Positions 41,701 to 52,824 of a stretch of DNA of 64,000 nucleotides are shown here, piece by piece. The stretch comes from Isurus oxyrinchus (Eukaryota), in the NCBI GenBank assembly GCA_026770705.1, contig JANJGN010000017.1, forward strand, positions 55,800,001 through 55,864,000, given 5' to 3'. Below the pieces are notes generated by a model that saw only the letters and a list, made by a program, of their open reading frames with translations, was not told the DNA's origin and searched no databases. The stretch's first letter is position 1, and each line of letters starts with the position of its first letter. Both the position numbers and the translations under genes were made by a program.

Positions 41701-43620
41701 AACTGTCGGCGCGACATTAGTCGTCTCAATTTCTCTGCTCCTCTCACCCATTCTAACCTGTCTCTCTCTGAACTTACTGCACTCCATTCTCTCAGGTCCA
41801 ACCCTGACATTGTCATCAAACCCGCTGACAAGGGTGGTGCTGTTGTTGTCTGGCGCACTGACCTCTACCTCGCGGAGGCTGAGCGTCAACTCGCAGACAC
41901 TTCCTCCTACCTCTCCCTGGACCATGACCCCACCACTGAACATCAAGCCATTGTTTCCAGGACTGTCACTGACCTCATCTCCTCTGGGGATCTCCCTCCC
42001 ACAGCTTCCAACCTGATAGTCGCCCAACCTCGGACGGCCCGCTTCTATCTCCTACCCAAAATCCACAAACAGAACTGCCCCGGTAGACCGATCGTCTCAG
42101 CTTGCTCCTGCCCCACAGAACTCATTTCTCGTTATCTTGACTCCCTTCTCTCTCCCCTTGTCCAGTCCCTTCCCACCTACATCCGTGATTCCTCTGACAC
42201 CTTACGTCACATCAACAATTTCCAGTTCCCTGGCTCCAACCGCTTCCTCTTCACCATGGACGTCCAATCCCTCTACACCTCCATCCCCCACCAGGATGGT
42301 CTGAGGGCCCTTAGCTTCTTCCTCGAACAGAGGCCCGAACAATCTCCATCCACCACTACTCTCCTCTGTCTGGCTGAACTTGTTCTCACGTTGAACAATT
42401 TCTCCTTCAACTCCTCTCACTTTCTCCAAATAAAAGGTGTGGCTATGGGTACCCGCATGGGCCCCAGCTATGCCTGTCTCTTTATGGGATATGTGGAACA
42501 TTCCTTGTTGCAGTCCTACCCCGGCCCCCTTCCACAACTTTTTCTCCGGTACATCGATGATTACTTCGGTGCCGCTTCATGCTCTCGTCGGGACTTGGAA
42601 AAATTTATTAATTTTGCTTCCAATCTCCACCCCTCCATCATTTTCACGTGGTCCATCTCTGACACTTCCCTTCCCTTCCTTGACCTCTCTGTCTCAATCT
42701 CTGGTGATAGACTGTCCACTAATATCCATTACAAACCCACCGACTCCCACAGCTACCTCGACTACAGCTCCTCACACCCCGCTTCCTGTAAGGACTCCAT
42801 CCCATTCTCCCAGTTCCTTCGCCTTCGTCGCATCTGTTCCGATGATGCTACCTTCAAAAACGGTTCCTCTGACATGTCCTCCTTCTTCCTTAACCGAGGT
42901 TTTCCACCGACGGTCGTTGACAGGGCCCTCAACCGTGTCCGGCCCATCTCCCGCGCATCCGCCCTCACGCCTTCTCCTCCCTCCCAGAAACATGATAGGG
43001 TCCCCCTTGTCCTCACTTATCACCCCACCAGCCTCCGCATTCAAAGGATCATCCTCCGCCATTTCCGCCAACTCCAGCATGATGCCACCACCAAACACAT
43101 CTTCCCTTCACCCCCCTTATTGGCATTCCGTAGCGATCGCTCCCTCCGAGACACCCTGGTCCACTCCTCCATCACCCCCTACTCCTCAACCCCCTCCTAT
43201 GGCACCACCCCAAGCCCACGCAAAAGATGTAACACCTGCCCCTTCACTTCCTCTCTCCTCACCGTCCAAGGGCCCAAACACTCCTTTCAAGTGAAGCAGC
43301 ATTTCACTTGCATTTCCCCCAACTTAGTCTACTGCATTTGTTGCTCCCAATGTGGTCTCCTCTACATTGGAGAGACCAAACGTAAACTGGGCGACCGCTT
43401 TGCAGAACACCTGCGGTCTGTCCGCAAGAATGACCCAAACTTCCCTGTCACTTGCCATTTTAACACTCCACCCTGCTCTCTTGCCCACATGTCTGTCCTT
43501 GGCTTGCTGCATTGTTCCAGTGAAGCCCAACGCAAACTGGAGGAACAACACCTCATCTTCCGACTAGGCACCTTACAGCCTTCCGGTCTGAATATTGAAT
43601 TCAATAACTTTAGGTCGTGA
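41701..43620 (+). CDS. PLE reverse transcriptase + GIY-YIG endonuclease (5'-truncated, uninterrupted frame of 639 codons)
   Basis: The frame stays open upstream of the listed ORF at 42256. Motifs: IKPADKGG, FYLLPKIHK, GRPIVS, MDVQSLYTSIP, GVAMG, RYIDD, IPFSQFLRLRRICS, Cys-rich linker, NLVYC..C..C.LLYIGET, GLN. Confidence 0.93.
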   Translation, partial: NCRRDISRLNFSAPLTHSNLSLSELTALHSLRSNPDIVIKPADKGGAVVVWRTDLYLAEAERQLADTSSYLSLDHDPTTEHQAIVSRTVTDLISSGDLPPTASNLIVAQPRTARFYLLPKIHKQNCPGRPIVSACSCPTELISRYLDSLLSPLVQSLPTYIRDSSDTLRHINNFQFPGSNRFLFTMDVQSLYTSIPHQDGLRALSFFLEQRPEQSPSTTTLLCLAELVLTLNNFSFNSSHFLQIKGVAMGTRMGPSYACLFMGYVEHSLLQSYPGPLPQLFLRYIDDYFGAASCSRRDLEKFINFASNLHPSIIFTWSISDTSLPFLDLSVSISGDRLSTNIHYKPTDSHSYLDYSSSHPASCKDSIPFSQFLRLRRICSDDATFKNGSSDMSSFFLNRGFPPTVVDRALNRVRPISRASALTPSPPSQKHDRVPLVLTYHPTSLRIQRIILRHFRQLQHDATTKHIFPSPPLLAFRSDRSLRDTLVHSSITPYSSTPSYGTTPSPRKRCNTCPFTSSLLTVQGPKHSFQVKQHFTCISPNLVYCICCSQCGLLYIGETKRKLGDRFAEHLRSVRKNDPNFPVTCHFNTPPCSLAHMSVLGLLHCSSEAQRKLEEQHLIFRLGTLQPSGLNIEFNNFRS

Positions 43621-43929
43621 GCTCCCTCCCCTATCCCCACCCCCTTTCTGTCTCCCCCTTTTTTTCCCCCCTTTTTTTCCCTATAAATTTTATAGATTTT
43701 TCTTTTCCCACCTATTTCCATTATTTTTAAATATTTTAAAATCTTTTATGCTCCCCCCACCCCCACTAGAGCTGTACCTTGAGTGCCCTACCATCCATTC
43801 TTAATTAGCACATCCGTTTAGATAATATCACCAACTTTAACTTTAACACCTATGTGTTCTTTTGTACCATTGTCACTGACATCTTTTGATGATCTGCTTC
43901 TATCACTGCTTGTTTGTCTACACAAGCAC

Positions 43930-43970
<41 letters not shown>

Positions 43971-44042
43971 CCCCCCCCACACACACACACACACACACCT
44001 TAAACCAGCTTATATTTCAACTCTTTCCTGGACTCGAAATCA

Positions 44043-44081
44043 AGTTCTGTCGAAGGGTCATGAAGACTCGAAACGTCAACT
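44043..44081 (+). ncRNA. Minimal type I hammerhead ribozyme-like motif in the PLE pLTR. Also at + 36623-36661, + 60098-60136, - 35479-35517, - 41612-41650, - 57933-57971
   Basis: AGUU-CUGUCGA-A-GGGUC(loop)GACUC-GAAAC-GUC-AACU: stem I, core, 5-bp stem II, GAAA, palindromic ACGU stem III and a GUC cleavage triplet. Such motifs are characteristic of PLE pLTRs. Confidence 0.7.
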
Positions 44082-47000
44082 CTTTTCTTCTCCGCCGATG
44101 CTGCCAGACCTGCTGAGTTTTTCCAGGTAATTCTGTTTTTGTTTTGGATTTCCAGCATCCGCAGTTTTGTTTTGTCTTTAGGTCTAAAATAACCTGTTCC
44201 CAGGAAGGTTCTGCAATGTATTACTCTAAGAAACAAAACCTGATACGCTCTACAAATTCATCTTCCATGTTACCCCTGCCAATCTGATTTATCCAGTCAA
44301 TATGCAGATTAAGATCAGCCATTTCAATTGTAGCGCCCTACTTACACGCCTCCATCATTTCCCCATTTATACTTTGTCCTACAGTAAGGTAACTCTAGAG
44401 GGGCCCACCGGTAACGTCTTCCCCTTGCTATTCCTTATTCCCACCCAAACTAATTCCACATAACAATCTATTGCAGCTATATATCATTACTCACCGCCTC
44501 CCTTTATTAACAAAGCTACCCCTCCTTTTCCTTTTAGCCTATTTTTTCAGAATGTCGAATACTGAGTTCCCAGCCTTGGTCACCCTGCAATCACGTATCT
44601 GTAATGGATATCAAGTCATTTATTTCTATTTGTGCCATCAACTCATCTATCTTGTTACAAATGCTGTATGCATTGAGATAAAGAGCCTTAAGCTTTGACT
44701 TTTTACCATTATTACTCATTCTGGTTCTAATTTCTGCACTCTTCTGCTTATATTTTCTGCCCCTTCCTGTCACACTTTGATTATTGTTCACCTCTTCACT
44801 ACACCACATCTCTGTTCTTTCGTTTCTTTTTGACTTTTTAAACTTCCCTTCAATTGAACCCTCCCGTCCACTAATTACTTTAAAGCCCTATCTACAATCC
44901 TAGTTATATGGTTCGCCAGGACACTGGTCCCAGCATGGTTGAAATGAAGCCTGTCCCAACAGAACAGCTCTCTCCTTCCCCGTACTGGTGCCAGTGCCCC
45001 ATGAATGAGAACCCATTTATCACACACCAATCTTTGAGTCACACATTTACCTCTTTAATCTTATTTACCCTACACCAATTTGCACATGACTCAGGTAGTA
45101 ATCCGGAGATTATTACCTTTGTCGTTTTGCTTTTTAATTTAGTCCTGAGCTGCTCGTAGTCCCTCAGCAGAACCTAGTCCTACCTATGTCGTTGGTACCT
45201 ATGTGGACCATGACAACTGGATCCTTCCCCTCCCACTCCAAGTTCCTCTCTAGCCCAGAAGAGATGTCGTTAACCTTGGCACCAGGTAGGCAACACAGCC
45301 TTTGGGACTGCCTGCCTTTGCTGCAGAGAACAGACCTATTCCCCTAACTATGCTAACCCCTGTTTACTACTACATTTCTCTTTTCTCCCCCCACTTGAAT
45401 GGCGCTCTGTACCATGGTGCTGTGGTCAGTTTGCTCATCCTCCCTGCAGTCTGTGCCCTTGTCCACACTGGAAGCAAGAACCTCTTACCTATTGGCAAGA
45501 TCACTGGCTGAGGCTCCTCCAAAGCTAAATTCTGGATCCCTATACCTGCCTCACTTGCAGTCACACCCTCCTGTCCCTGACCATGGTCCAAATTTGATGT
45601 AATTAATCTAAGGGGTGTGACAGTGTCTAGGTAACTCTCCCCCTCCCTGATGTGTCACAGTGTCCGCAGCTCAGTCAACTCTGAGCCGAAGTTCGTGGAG
45701 CAGCCAACACTTGCTGCTGATGTGGTCACCATGGATCGCACTGGCGTCCACCAGCTTCCACATACTACAGCTGTAACACATCGCCTGCCCAACTTTACTG
45801 ATGAGGGAGGGTAGACTGATGGATCGGTAATTGGCCAGGTTGGTTTTTGTGTACAGGACATATCTGGGCAGCTTACCATATTGCGAGGTAGATGCCAGAA
45901 TTGTAGCAGTACTGGAACAGCTTGGCAAGTTCTGGAGCATGAGTTCTGGAGTGCGAGTTTTCAGTACTATTGCCAGAATGTTGTCAGGGCCCATAGGTTT
46001 TCCAGTGTCCAGTGCCTTCAGCCATTTCTTGATAGCACAAAGTGAATCGAATTGGCTGAAGACTGGCATCTGTAATGCTGGGGACCTCTGGTGGAGGCTG
46101 ATATGGATCATCCACCTGGCACTCCTGGCTGAAGATTGATGGAAATGCTTCAGCCTTAGCTTTTGCACTGATGTGCTGGGCTCCCCCATCGTTGAGGATG
46201 GGGATATTTGTGGAGCCTCCTTCTCCAGTGAGTTGCTTAATTGTCCATCACCATTCATGACTGGATATGGCAGGACTGCAGAGCTTAAATCTAATCCATT
46301 GGTTGTGAAATCACTTGGCTTTGTCTATTGTTTGCTGTTTATGCTGTTTGGCACACAAGTAATCCTGTGTTGTAGCTTTACCTGGTTGACACCTCATTTT
46401 TAGGTATGCCTAGTGCTGCTTCTAGCATGCCCTCCTGCACTCTTCATTGAACTAAAGTTGATCCCCTGGTCTGGTGGTGATGGTAGAATGGGAGATATGC
46501 CATGCCATAAGGCTACAGATAGTGGTTGAGTACAGTTCTGCTGCTGATGTTGATCCACAGTGCCTCATGGCTGCCCAGTCTTAGTTGCTAGATCTGTTTC
46601 AAATCTGCCCCATTTAGCATGGTGGTAGTGCCACACAACACGATGGAGGGTATCCTCAATGTGAAGACGAGACTTTGTCTCCACAAGAGCTGTATGGTGG
46701 TCACTCACAGTGATACTGTCATGGGCACATGCATCTGTGGCAGGCAGGTTGGTTAGGATGACGTTAGGTATGTTTTTCCCTCTTTTTCGTTCGCTCACCG
46801 CCTGCTGCAGACCCAGTCTAGCAGCTATGTTCATGGGACTCGGCCAACTTGGCCTGTACTGGTGCTACTGAGCTACTCTTGTTGATGGACATTGAAGATT
46901 ACCACCCAGGGTCAGTTCTGTGCCCCTGCCACCCTCAGTGCTTCCTCCAAGTGGTGTTCAACATGGAGAAGCACTGATTCATCAGCTGAGGAGGTACGTT

Positions 47001-49472
47001 ACATGGTAATCAGCAGGAGGTTTCCTTGCCCATGTTTGACCAGATGCCATGGGACTTCATGGCGTCTGAAGTCGATGTTGAGCGCTCCCAGAGCAACTCC
47101 TGACTGTGTACCACTGTGCTGCCACTTCTGCTGGGTCTGTCCTGCCAGTGAGACAGGACATACTCAGGAATGGTGATGGTGATGCCTGGGACATTGTCTG
47201 TCAGGTATGATTCTGGGAGTATGACTATGTCAGGCTGGCTTGACTAGAGTGTGAGGCAGCTCTCCCAATTTTGGCACTAGGCCCCGGATGTTATTGAGGA
47301 GGACATTGCTCGACAGGGCTGAGATTGCCGTTATCATTTCCGGTGCCTAAGTCGATGCCGAATGGTCCATCCGGGTACATTCCTTTTGGATATTTTAGTG
47401 GTTTGATACAGCTGAGTGGCTTGCTATGCTATTTCAGAGAGCATTTAAGAGTCAGCAACATTGCTGTGAATCTGCTGTGGAGCCACATGTAGCCAGACCA
47501 GGTAGGAACACCAGATTTCCTTCCCTAAAGGACATTATTGAACCAGATGGGTTTTTACAACAATTGACTGGTTTTATGGTCACCATACGACTTTTAATTC
47601 CAGATTTTTATTTAATTTAAATTTCACCATTTGGTGGGGTTTGAATCCATGTCCCCAGAGCATTACCCTGGGCCTCTGGATTACTAGTCCAGTGACAATA
47701 CAGCTACACCACCGCCTCCATATTTTATCTTTCATTTTTCCATTGTTCCATATTTTATTTTTCCTACTATTCAGGGGAAAAAGTGAAGGCTCTAGATGAA
47801 AAACTTGCATAATCTTTGGAAAGTAAGGGAACCTTGAGCAGTTGTATGGGAATAACTGAAATTTATGCATTATTCAAGCACGCACTTTTTCTTCAAGTGG
47901 TTTATAACTGGAAATCACTGACTTTTCAGTACAGCTTGGGCAGGAGTGCACATATAAACCTTTCTGACATGTAACTGAGAATCTTCACCAGAAGTGCTGA
48001 AGCCAGCAACTGACTGTATGAATCCCTGTCCTTGCACATATCTTGTCATGATCTATAAGAGGAAAAGCAGCTTCAAGCAGAGAACATAACCAGGCCAGAT
48101 CTGGCAACCCAGATCTGCTTATTAATGATGCTCCTGAGATGCCACCTGAAGTTTAAGAACTTCTGATTAGCAACGGAGGCACTCAAAACCTTAGAACTTG
48201 CAGCTAATGTCAGGTTGTGGGGAACATGGAAAACAAATGGAGTGAAGAATCAAGATCTGATCATGAAGTCCACAGGTTAACTACTTGGCTTCACCATGCA
48301 GCAAAAAAATAGGGGCACTGAACCACAGCATAATTTCATATAGGTGCTGCAGCCATGTGCTATATAAAGGGAAGATGAAGTGACATGCAACTGGAGAAGC
48401 TATCCAAACATGCAAGAATAGCTTCAACTCACTCCCTAACACTAGAGGCCATAGAGTGGATGAATAATTTGGATGTCAGCATTTAACCTTGCTTTTCAAT
48501 CTGCAATACCAAGCAACTACAGCATTGGGCCTTTTTATTTAAACATTAAATATGTTGGTAGTGCATTTTAAATAGTAAATTAAATCAGACCAAACCAAAG
48601 GATAGATAATCAACACATCAAGCATTTTACTCAAAGCTGTTCAAACTGTTGGAACTGCTCCGTTTCCTTTTTATAATCAAGTAGTGATTAAGAATGGTAT
48701 TTAATATCCATGTTTAGTTGAGTTATTGTTGCTTCTTCATTAAATAATTTCTGTTTTTTATGTACTAGAATGTAACATTCTGTTCCTATTATGTCTTGAT
48801 GTTTTAAGCTATTGTGTAATTATATATCATAATCTTTAAAGGAGTTATTGGGTTTTGAAAGCAAATTATACCTTTGTATGATTCAGAACTGTGGGTAGTG
48901 AACCATTATTGACTTGTTCTCCTTGATTGTGCATATAATGTCATGCTGGCTTATCTGGTTGTTTTAGTCTTATATGTGGGCATTATCTGTGCAGTATCAT
49001 GATTTTGCATTTTCCTCTGGTGCATGGCAGCAAATGCAAAATTAAATATGATCACTGTCATCTGTAATCTGTTTCTGCTGTTGTGTAAATTTAGGTTGAT
49101 TTTATAAAATGAAATTTCTAGTGACTACTAGTAATGTTCTATCTGCTGCAGATACCAGGATTCCATGTGGCAGATGCCGGAGCTATGACAAAGAAAATAA
49201 ATCCCTCTAAGTCAAATATAAGCTGTAACCTAAGTAAATGTTTCCTTTTAGCATTTTTGCCATAAGTATGAGAAAATAATTCACAGACCTGGGAAATTGT
49301 GCACATATAGAATATAATGATCTAATTAAAATAGGCAGCCAACACATTTTTGACCATTTTACCAACTTCATGTAGAAAAATGCCATCACGTAAAATAAAT
49401 TCAATTGTCAGTTGAGACATAAAGTGCAATGCCAGCTACAATCAGTAATGATTTATTACTGCTGATTTCCAG

Positions 49473-49567
49473 AATCTGGAGCACCGCAGGCTGATCGAGA
49501 GGCCAGTCTTGAACTGATAAAGCTGGACATCTCCCGTACATTCCCTTCTCTCTTCATTTTCCAAAAG
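49473..49567 (+). CDS. TBC1D12: TBC1D12 coding exon with IxxDxxR arginine-finger motif
   Basis: TTCCAG| ... AAAG|GT. Encodes [31 protein letters not shown]. 95 nt. Confidence 0.95.
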
Positions 49568-50197
49568 GTTTGCAAATTTTACTGAGTATAATAATGACAA
49601 TAACTCCCAAGTTGTATTGTTACAAGCCAGTTTGAAATATAGCAATTGACTGAAAATAATTTGCTTATTAACCAAACAGGATGTTCCAGATGTGTGTACA
49701 TCTGTCAAACAGTTAAAAAGTACATAAAAGCCTCATAACCTTCCTTGTAGCAGCAGCTTATGGTTAGGGATTTGCAATGAAAACCAACTGCTGGATAATT
49801 ATTTTGACATTAATTCAATATTTTAGTGAAAATTATTTTGAGTAAATTGTCTGGACAAAATGTGAATATTAGACTGATTCTGAAAGAATGCACATCAGTT
49901 AAGATTGAACTCAATTTGTCAGACCTCATTTTTAAAAGTAGATTGTTTTTAATCAAATTAGGAAGGACTTGCACCACAATTCCCTATCTTTGTAATTTTC
50001 TGTAACTATCAGATATAATATGCAAAGTAAATGAAATATGGAGAAATGATTTCTGAATAGAAAAAGGTCAATTCAATTTCCAGATAATTCTGACACAGGA
50101 ATGGTTTGTTTAAATGGGCACTATTTTCATGTGAATGTGTTGGTAAAATCTCTTTGCAGTGGAAGAGCTAAAACAGTACAGCCACACAATGATAGAA

Positions 50198-50595
50198 AGA
50201 AAGACTTGTATTTCTGTGGCACATGTCACAATCTCAGGGCATGTCACAGCGCTTTACCATCAATGAAGTACTTTTGAAGTGTAGTCACTGTTGTAATGTG
50301 GGAAATGCGGCAGCCAGTTTACGCATAGCAATCTCCCATAAACAGCAATGTGACAATGCCTGGATAATCTGGTTTTGTGATAGAGATTGACAAATAAATA
50401 TTGGCCAGGACAAACCCACCTGATCTTTGAAATAGCACCATGGAATCTTTTACTTCTAACTTAGAGAGCTGACTGGGTCTCAGTTTAATGTCTGATCTGA
50501 AAGATTGTATCTCTTGTGTGTAGCATTCCCTCAGTACTGCACTGGAGTATCAGCCTAGATTTTTATATGCAGAGCTGAGTGTGCTATGGCTGAGA
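50198..50595 (-). mobile_element. DeuSINE (SacSINE1/AmnSINE-like)
   Basis: Deu-domain reverse complement CAGTTTAATGTCTGATCTGAAAGA...GCATTCCCTCAGTACTGCACTGG, plus an L2-type tail. Confidence 0.75.
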
Positions 50596-51703
50596 TACAA
50601 TTAAATTGGTTTACATTATATCATCACTCAAGGTTAATCATTGATATCTCCCTTATAAAATCACCAAAAAAATAATTGATTCTGTAATTTGGCCAACAGT
50701 TTTTTTTTTATCTGTTAAACTGTGAATGATAATTCTGTGAAAGAAGCCTTGTAATTGCATATTCCTGTCCCCAGGGAAATGAAAGTGAAGAATACATTCT
50801 ACATTGCCAGTCTGATTCCAGGGCATTTCAATTCGATCTTAATCACAATTCTTTGGACTTTTGATGAAAGTGTATTGTGAGATATTTTTGAATTTGAAAA
50901 GTGTTCACTGTGCAAGTCATAAACATCATATAATGGCAAGCACCAATATAGCAGTTAAGCCATGTTGAAAGAGAGAGAGAATTCACGATGGTGAATTCAC
51001 AACAGGGGAATGCCTATTTCTTTAATGTATCGACAAATCAAAAGAGCAATCGAAGTATCAAACTTGGGATGTTGCAACACGGAAACAAGCAATTTGGCCC
51101 TCCAAGACTTTGGCAATATTTTTCTCTCAGCCACCCAGTTCAAGTCCACATTCCAGCTCACTTCCCAAGCCATTTCGTATTCATATTAGGTTGAATGTTG
51201 TTTAAAGTTAAACCTTGCAAACTTTTAGCTTCCATAAATCTAGCAGGCTGGCTGAATTTTTTTGACATTTATGACGTACTACTAGCCAGCTTTTTGTAGC
51301 TTTGCACATACATCATCGAGATCAATTTGAATTATTTTTCAAGTCAAATAGAGAGGTGGGGGGGGGCAGGGAGGGATAGGGTAGAAGAGGAGGAATGGAA
51401 GAGAAGGGCACAGGAGGGCATGATATTCAGTGTGCTATATCTCTGGCTGCAAAATCCTTGCAATTAATTTGGACGTGCCAATGGCTGCCAGTATTGGGAG
51501 AGTGAGGGGCGAAGTTGCTGAGAGAAATTCAAATCAGTAGTCATGGTATGATTGAGGCATGAGCCAGCCATTGGGGAGGGTAGTGTCAGCCAGTTTCAGG
51601 GAGGGTGAATGGGAGAATTTTACTGTACCAAAGAAATAGTGTTTGTTGTATTTTTCTGTAATTCACGTTAATAAGATCTGAAAGCCTTGTGTTATATTTG
51701 AAG

Positions 51704-51775
51704 GGTGGACCATATCACGATCTCTTGCATAGTGTCCTTGGGGCATATACCTGCTACAGGCCTGATGTGGGATAT
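51704..51775 (+). CDS. TBC1D12: TBC1D12 coding exon
   Basis: AAG| ... TAT|GTAAGT. Encodes [24 protein letters not shown]. 72 nt. Confidence 0.96.
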
Positions 51776-52269
51776 GTAAGTATTTGACCTTTTGCAATAA
51801 TATATTTGTAAAATCTGGCTTACAAGTCACACCTATTTGTAAAGCATTCTCCTATTTGTTAAAATAGAGCTTTAGTGAAGCAGTGGCATTGGTACGCATA
51901 CGTTTTTATTTTGAGGACAAACTCAAGCACAAAGGCAATATTTGCAAACCACTTTTGTACCATCTAAATTCAAACTAATAGAATGCAAAGATTTTGATAT
52001 TTTTGATCAATTCTAAAGATCCGTGGCCTTTAGAAACAATTGCCATATTATTATGGTTTTGTAAGGCTTCCTTAATATATTATTTATCATAGCTAGAATG
52101 TTGCTAGTAGACCAGTGAAGCTGCTTGTTACCAGCTTATTGTTTACCCCTCCATGTGTTCAGAGGCACCAGCTACCCCTGGTCAACTCCTTTGTAAAATA
52201 ACCCATGAATCTTGCATTCTGGAATTAATTCACTTCTACTCTTGGAGTCGTATGGTATACCCTTGACAT

Positions 52270-52813
52270 ATTGTAAACTCGTATGAGTTCCTTTAATCTT
52301 TTGAGAAGCAAAACTTTTACTTATTTTCATTTTTATTCATTTATTCCTTTTTATCCCCTTTTTTACCCCCCTTTTCTATCCCTTTTTTACCGTTTCCGCA
52401 CCCCCCCCCCTCAAAACGGGCCATCTGCCATTCGTTCTATGTTGTTGTTTCAGAATGCTGATCCTTGTTCTGCTATTAACACATTCTGCTTTCATACCTT
52501 TATGCCACTATCAGCACCTTAAGTCTTCATCATGACCATTAACACTCCCTTTGTCTTCTATCCATGACGTCTTTAGTCAATCTCTCCTTAGCCCCCACCT
52601 ATCACTGACCTATCCTGCTTTACCTGCTCCGCCCCCTTAAACAGTATAAATTCCATCACATTTCTACTTTGCTTTAGCTCTGAAGAAGATTGATAAGGAC
52701 TTGAAACATGAACTCTGTTTCTCTCTCCATAGATGCTGTCAAACCTGCTGAGTTTTTCCAACATTTTCTGTTTTTATTTCAGAATTTCAGCATCCGCAGT
52801 ATTTTGCTTTTAA
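52270..52813 (+). mobile_element. Old Penelope-like 3' end / pLTR relic
   Basis: Pyrimidine-rich UTR, then CTGAAGAAG...GAAACATGAACTC...AGATGCTGTCAAACCTGCTGAGTTTTTCCA...CAGCATCCGCAGT, homologous to the young pLTRs. Confidence 0.8.
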
Positions 52814-52824
52814 CCTTTGTAATA

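Larger units (their letters stand above)
41549..44178 (+). mobile_element. Penelope-like element copy 2 (Neptune-type), 5'-truncated, with a short inverted pLTR arm
   Basis: Inverted arm 41549-41692, then the RT/GIY-YIG ORF and 3' pLTR. 14-bp TSD TAGGTCTAAAATAA at 41535-41548 and 44179-44192. Confidence 0.95.
39280..45791 (-). mobile_element. Near full-length degenerate CR1 LINE, split by PLE copy 2
   Basis: 3' tail at 39280. RT fragments (KSPGP..LHPRVLKE, SQHGF, RRMRGDLIE). APE fragments (LYLNAYSICNK, ILDLV, SDHNMVEF). ORF1 esterase (VHIGTNDIG, ~45180-45215) and zinc finger (CYSCSMW...KC). Confidence 0.9.
38428..47719 (-). mobile_element. LINE family B (CR1/L2-group APE-RT), 5'-complete copy split by the CR1 (pieces 38428-39279 and 45792-47719)
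   Basis: RT motifs QGSVLGP, FINDLP, ADD, MEYSPLAW. APE motifs NIRGL, DIVILPES, SDH. The sequence resumes across the CR1 (CCATTACTT / ACTTTACTGATG). tRNA-like head at 47630-47719. Confidence 0.85.

Noticed and set aside
42437-43294. 285-aa Pro/Ser/Thr-rich overlapping ORF (also 58424-59182) and antisense ORFs in the PLE
   Set aside because: By-product of the C-rich, stop-poor PLE coding strand. No recognisable domain.
45671-46258. 195-aa minus-strand ORF joining LANYRSISL (family B ORF) to CYSCSMW (CR1 ORF1 zinc finger)
   Set aside because: Chance in-frame read-through across an insertion junction between two decayed LINEs.
47630-47719. Functional tRNA gene
   Set aside because: Degenerate boxes, no proper acceptor stem or terminator, and continuous with a retroelement body.
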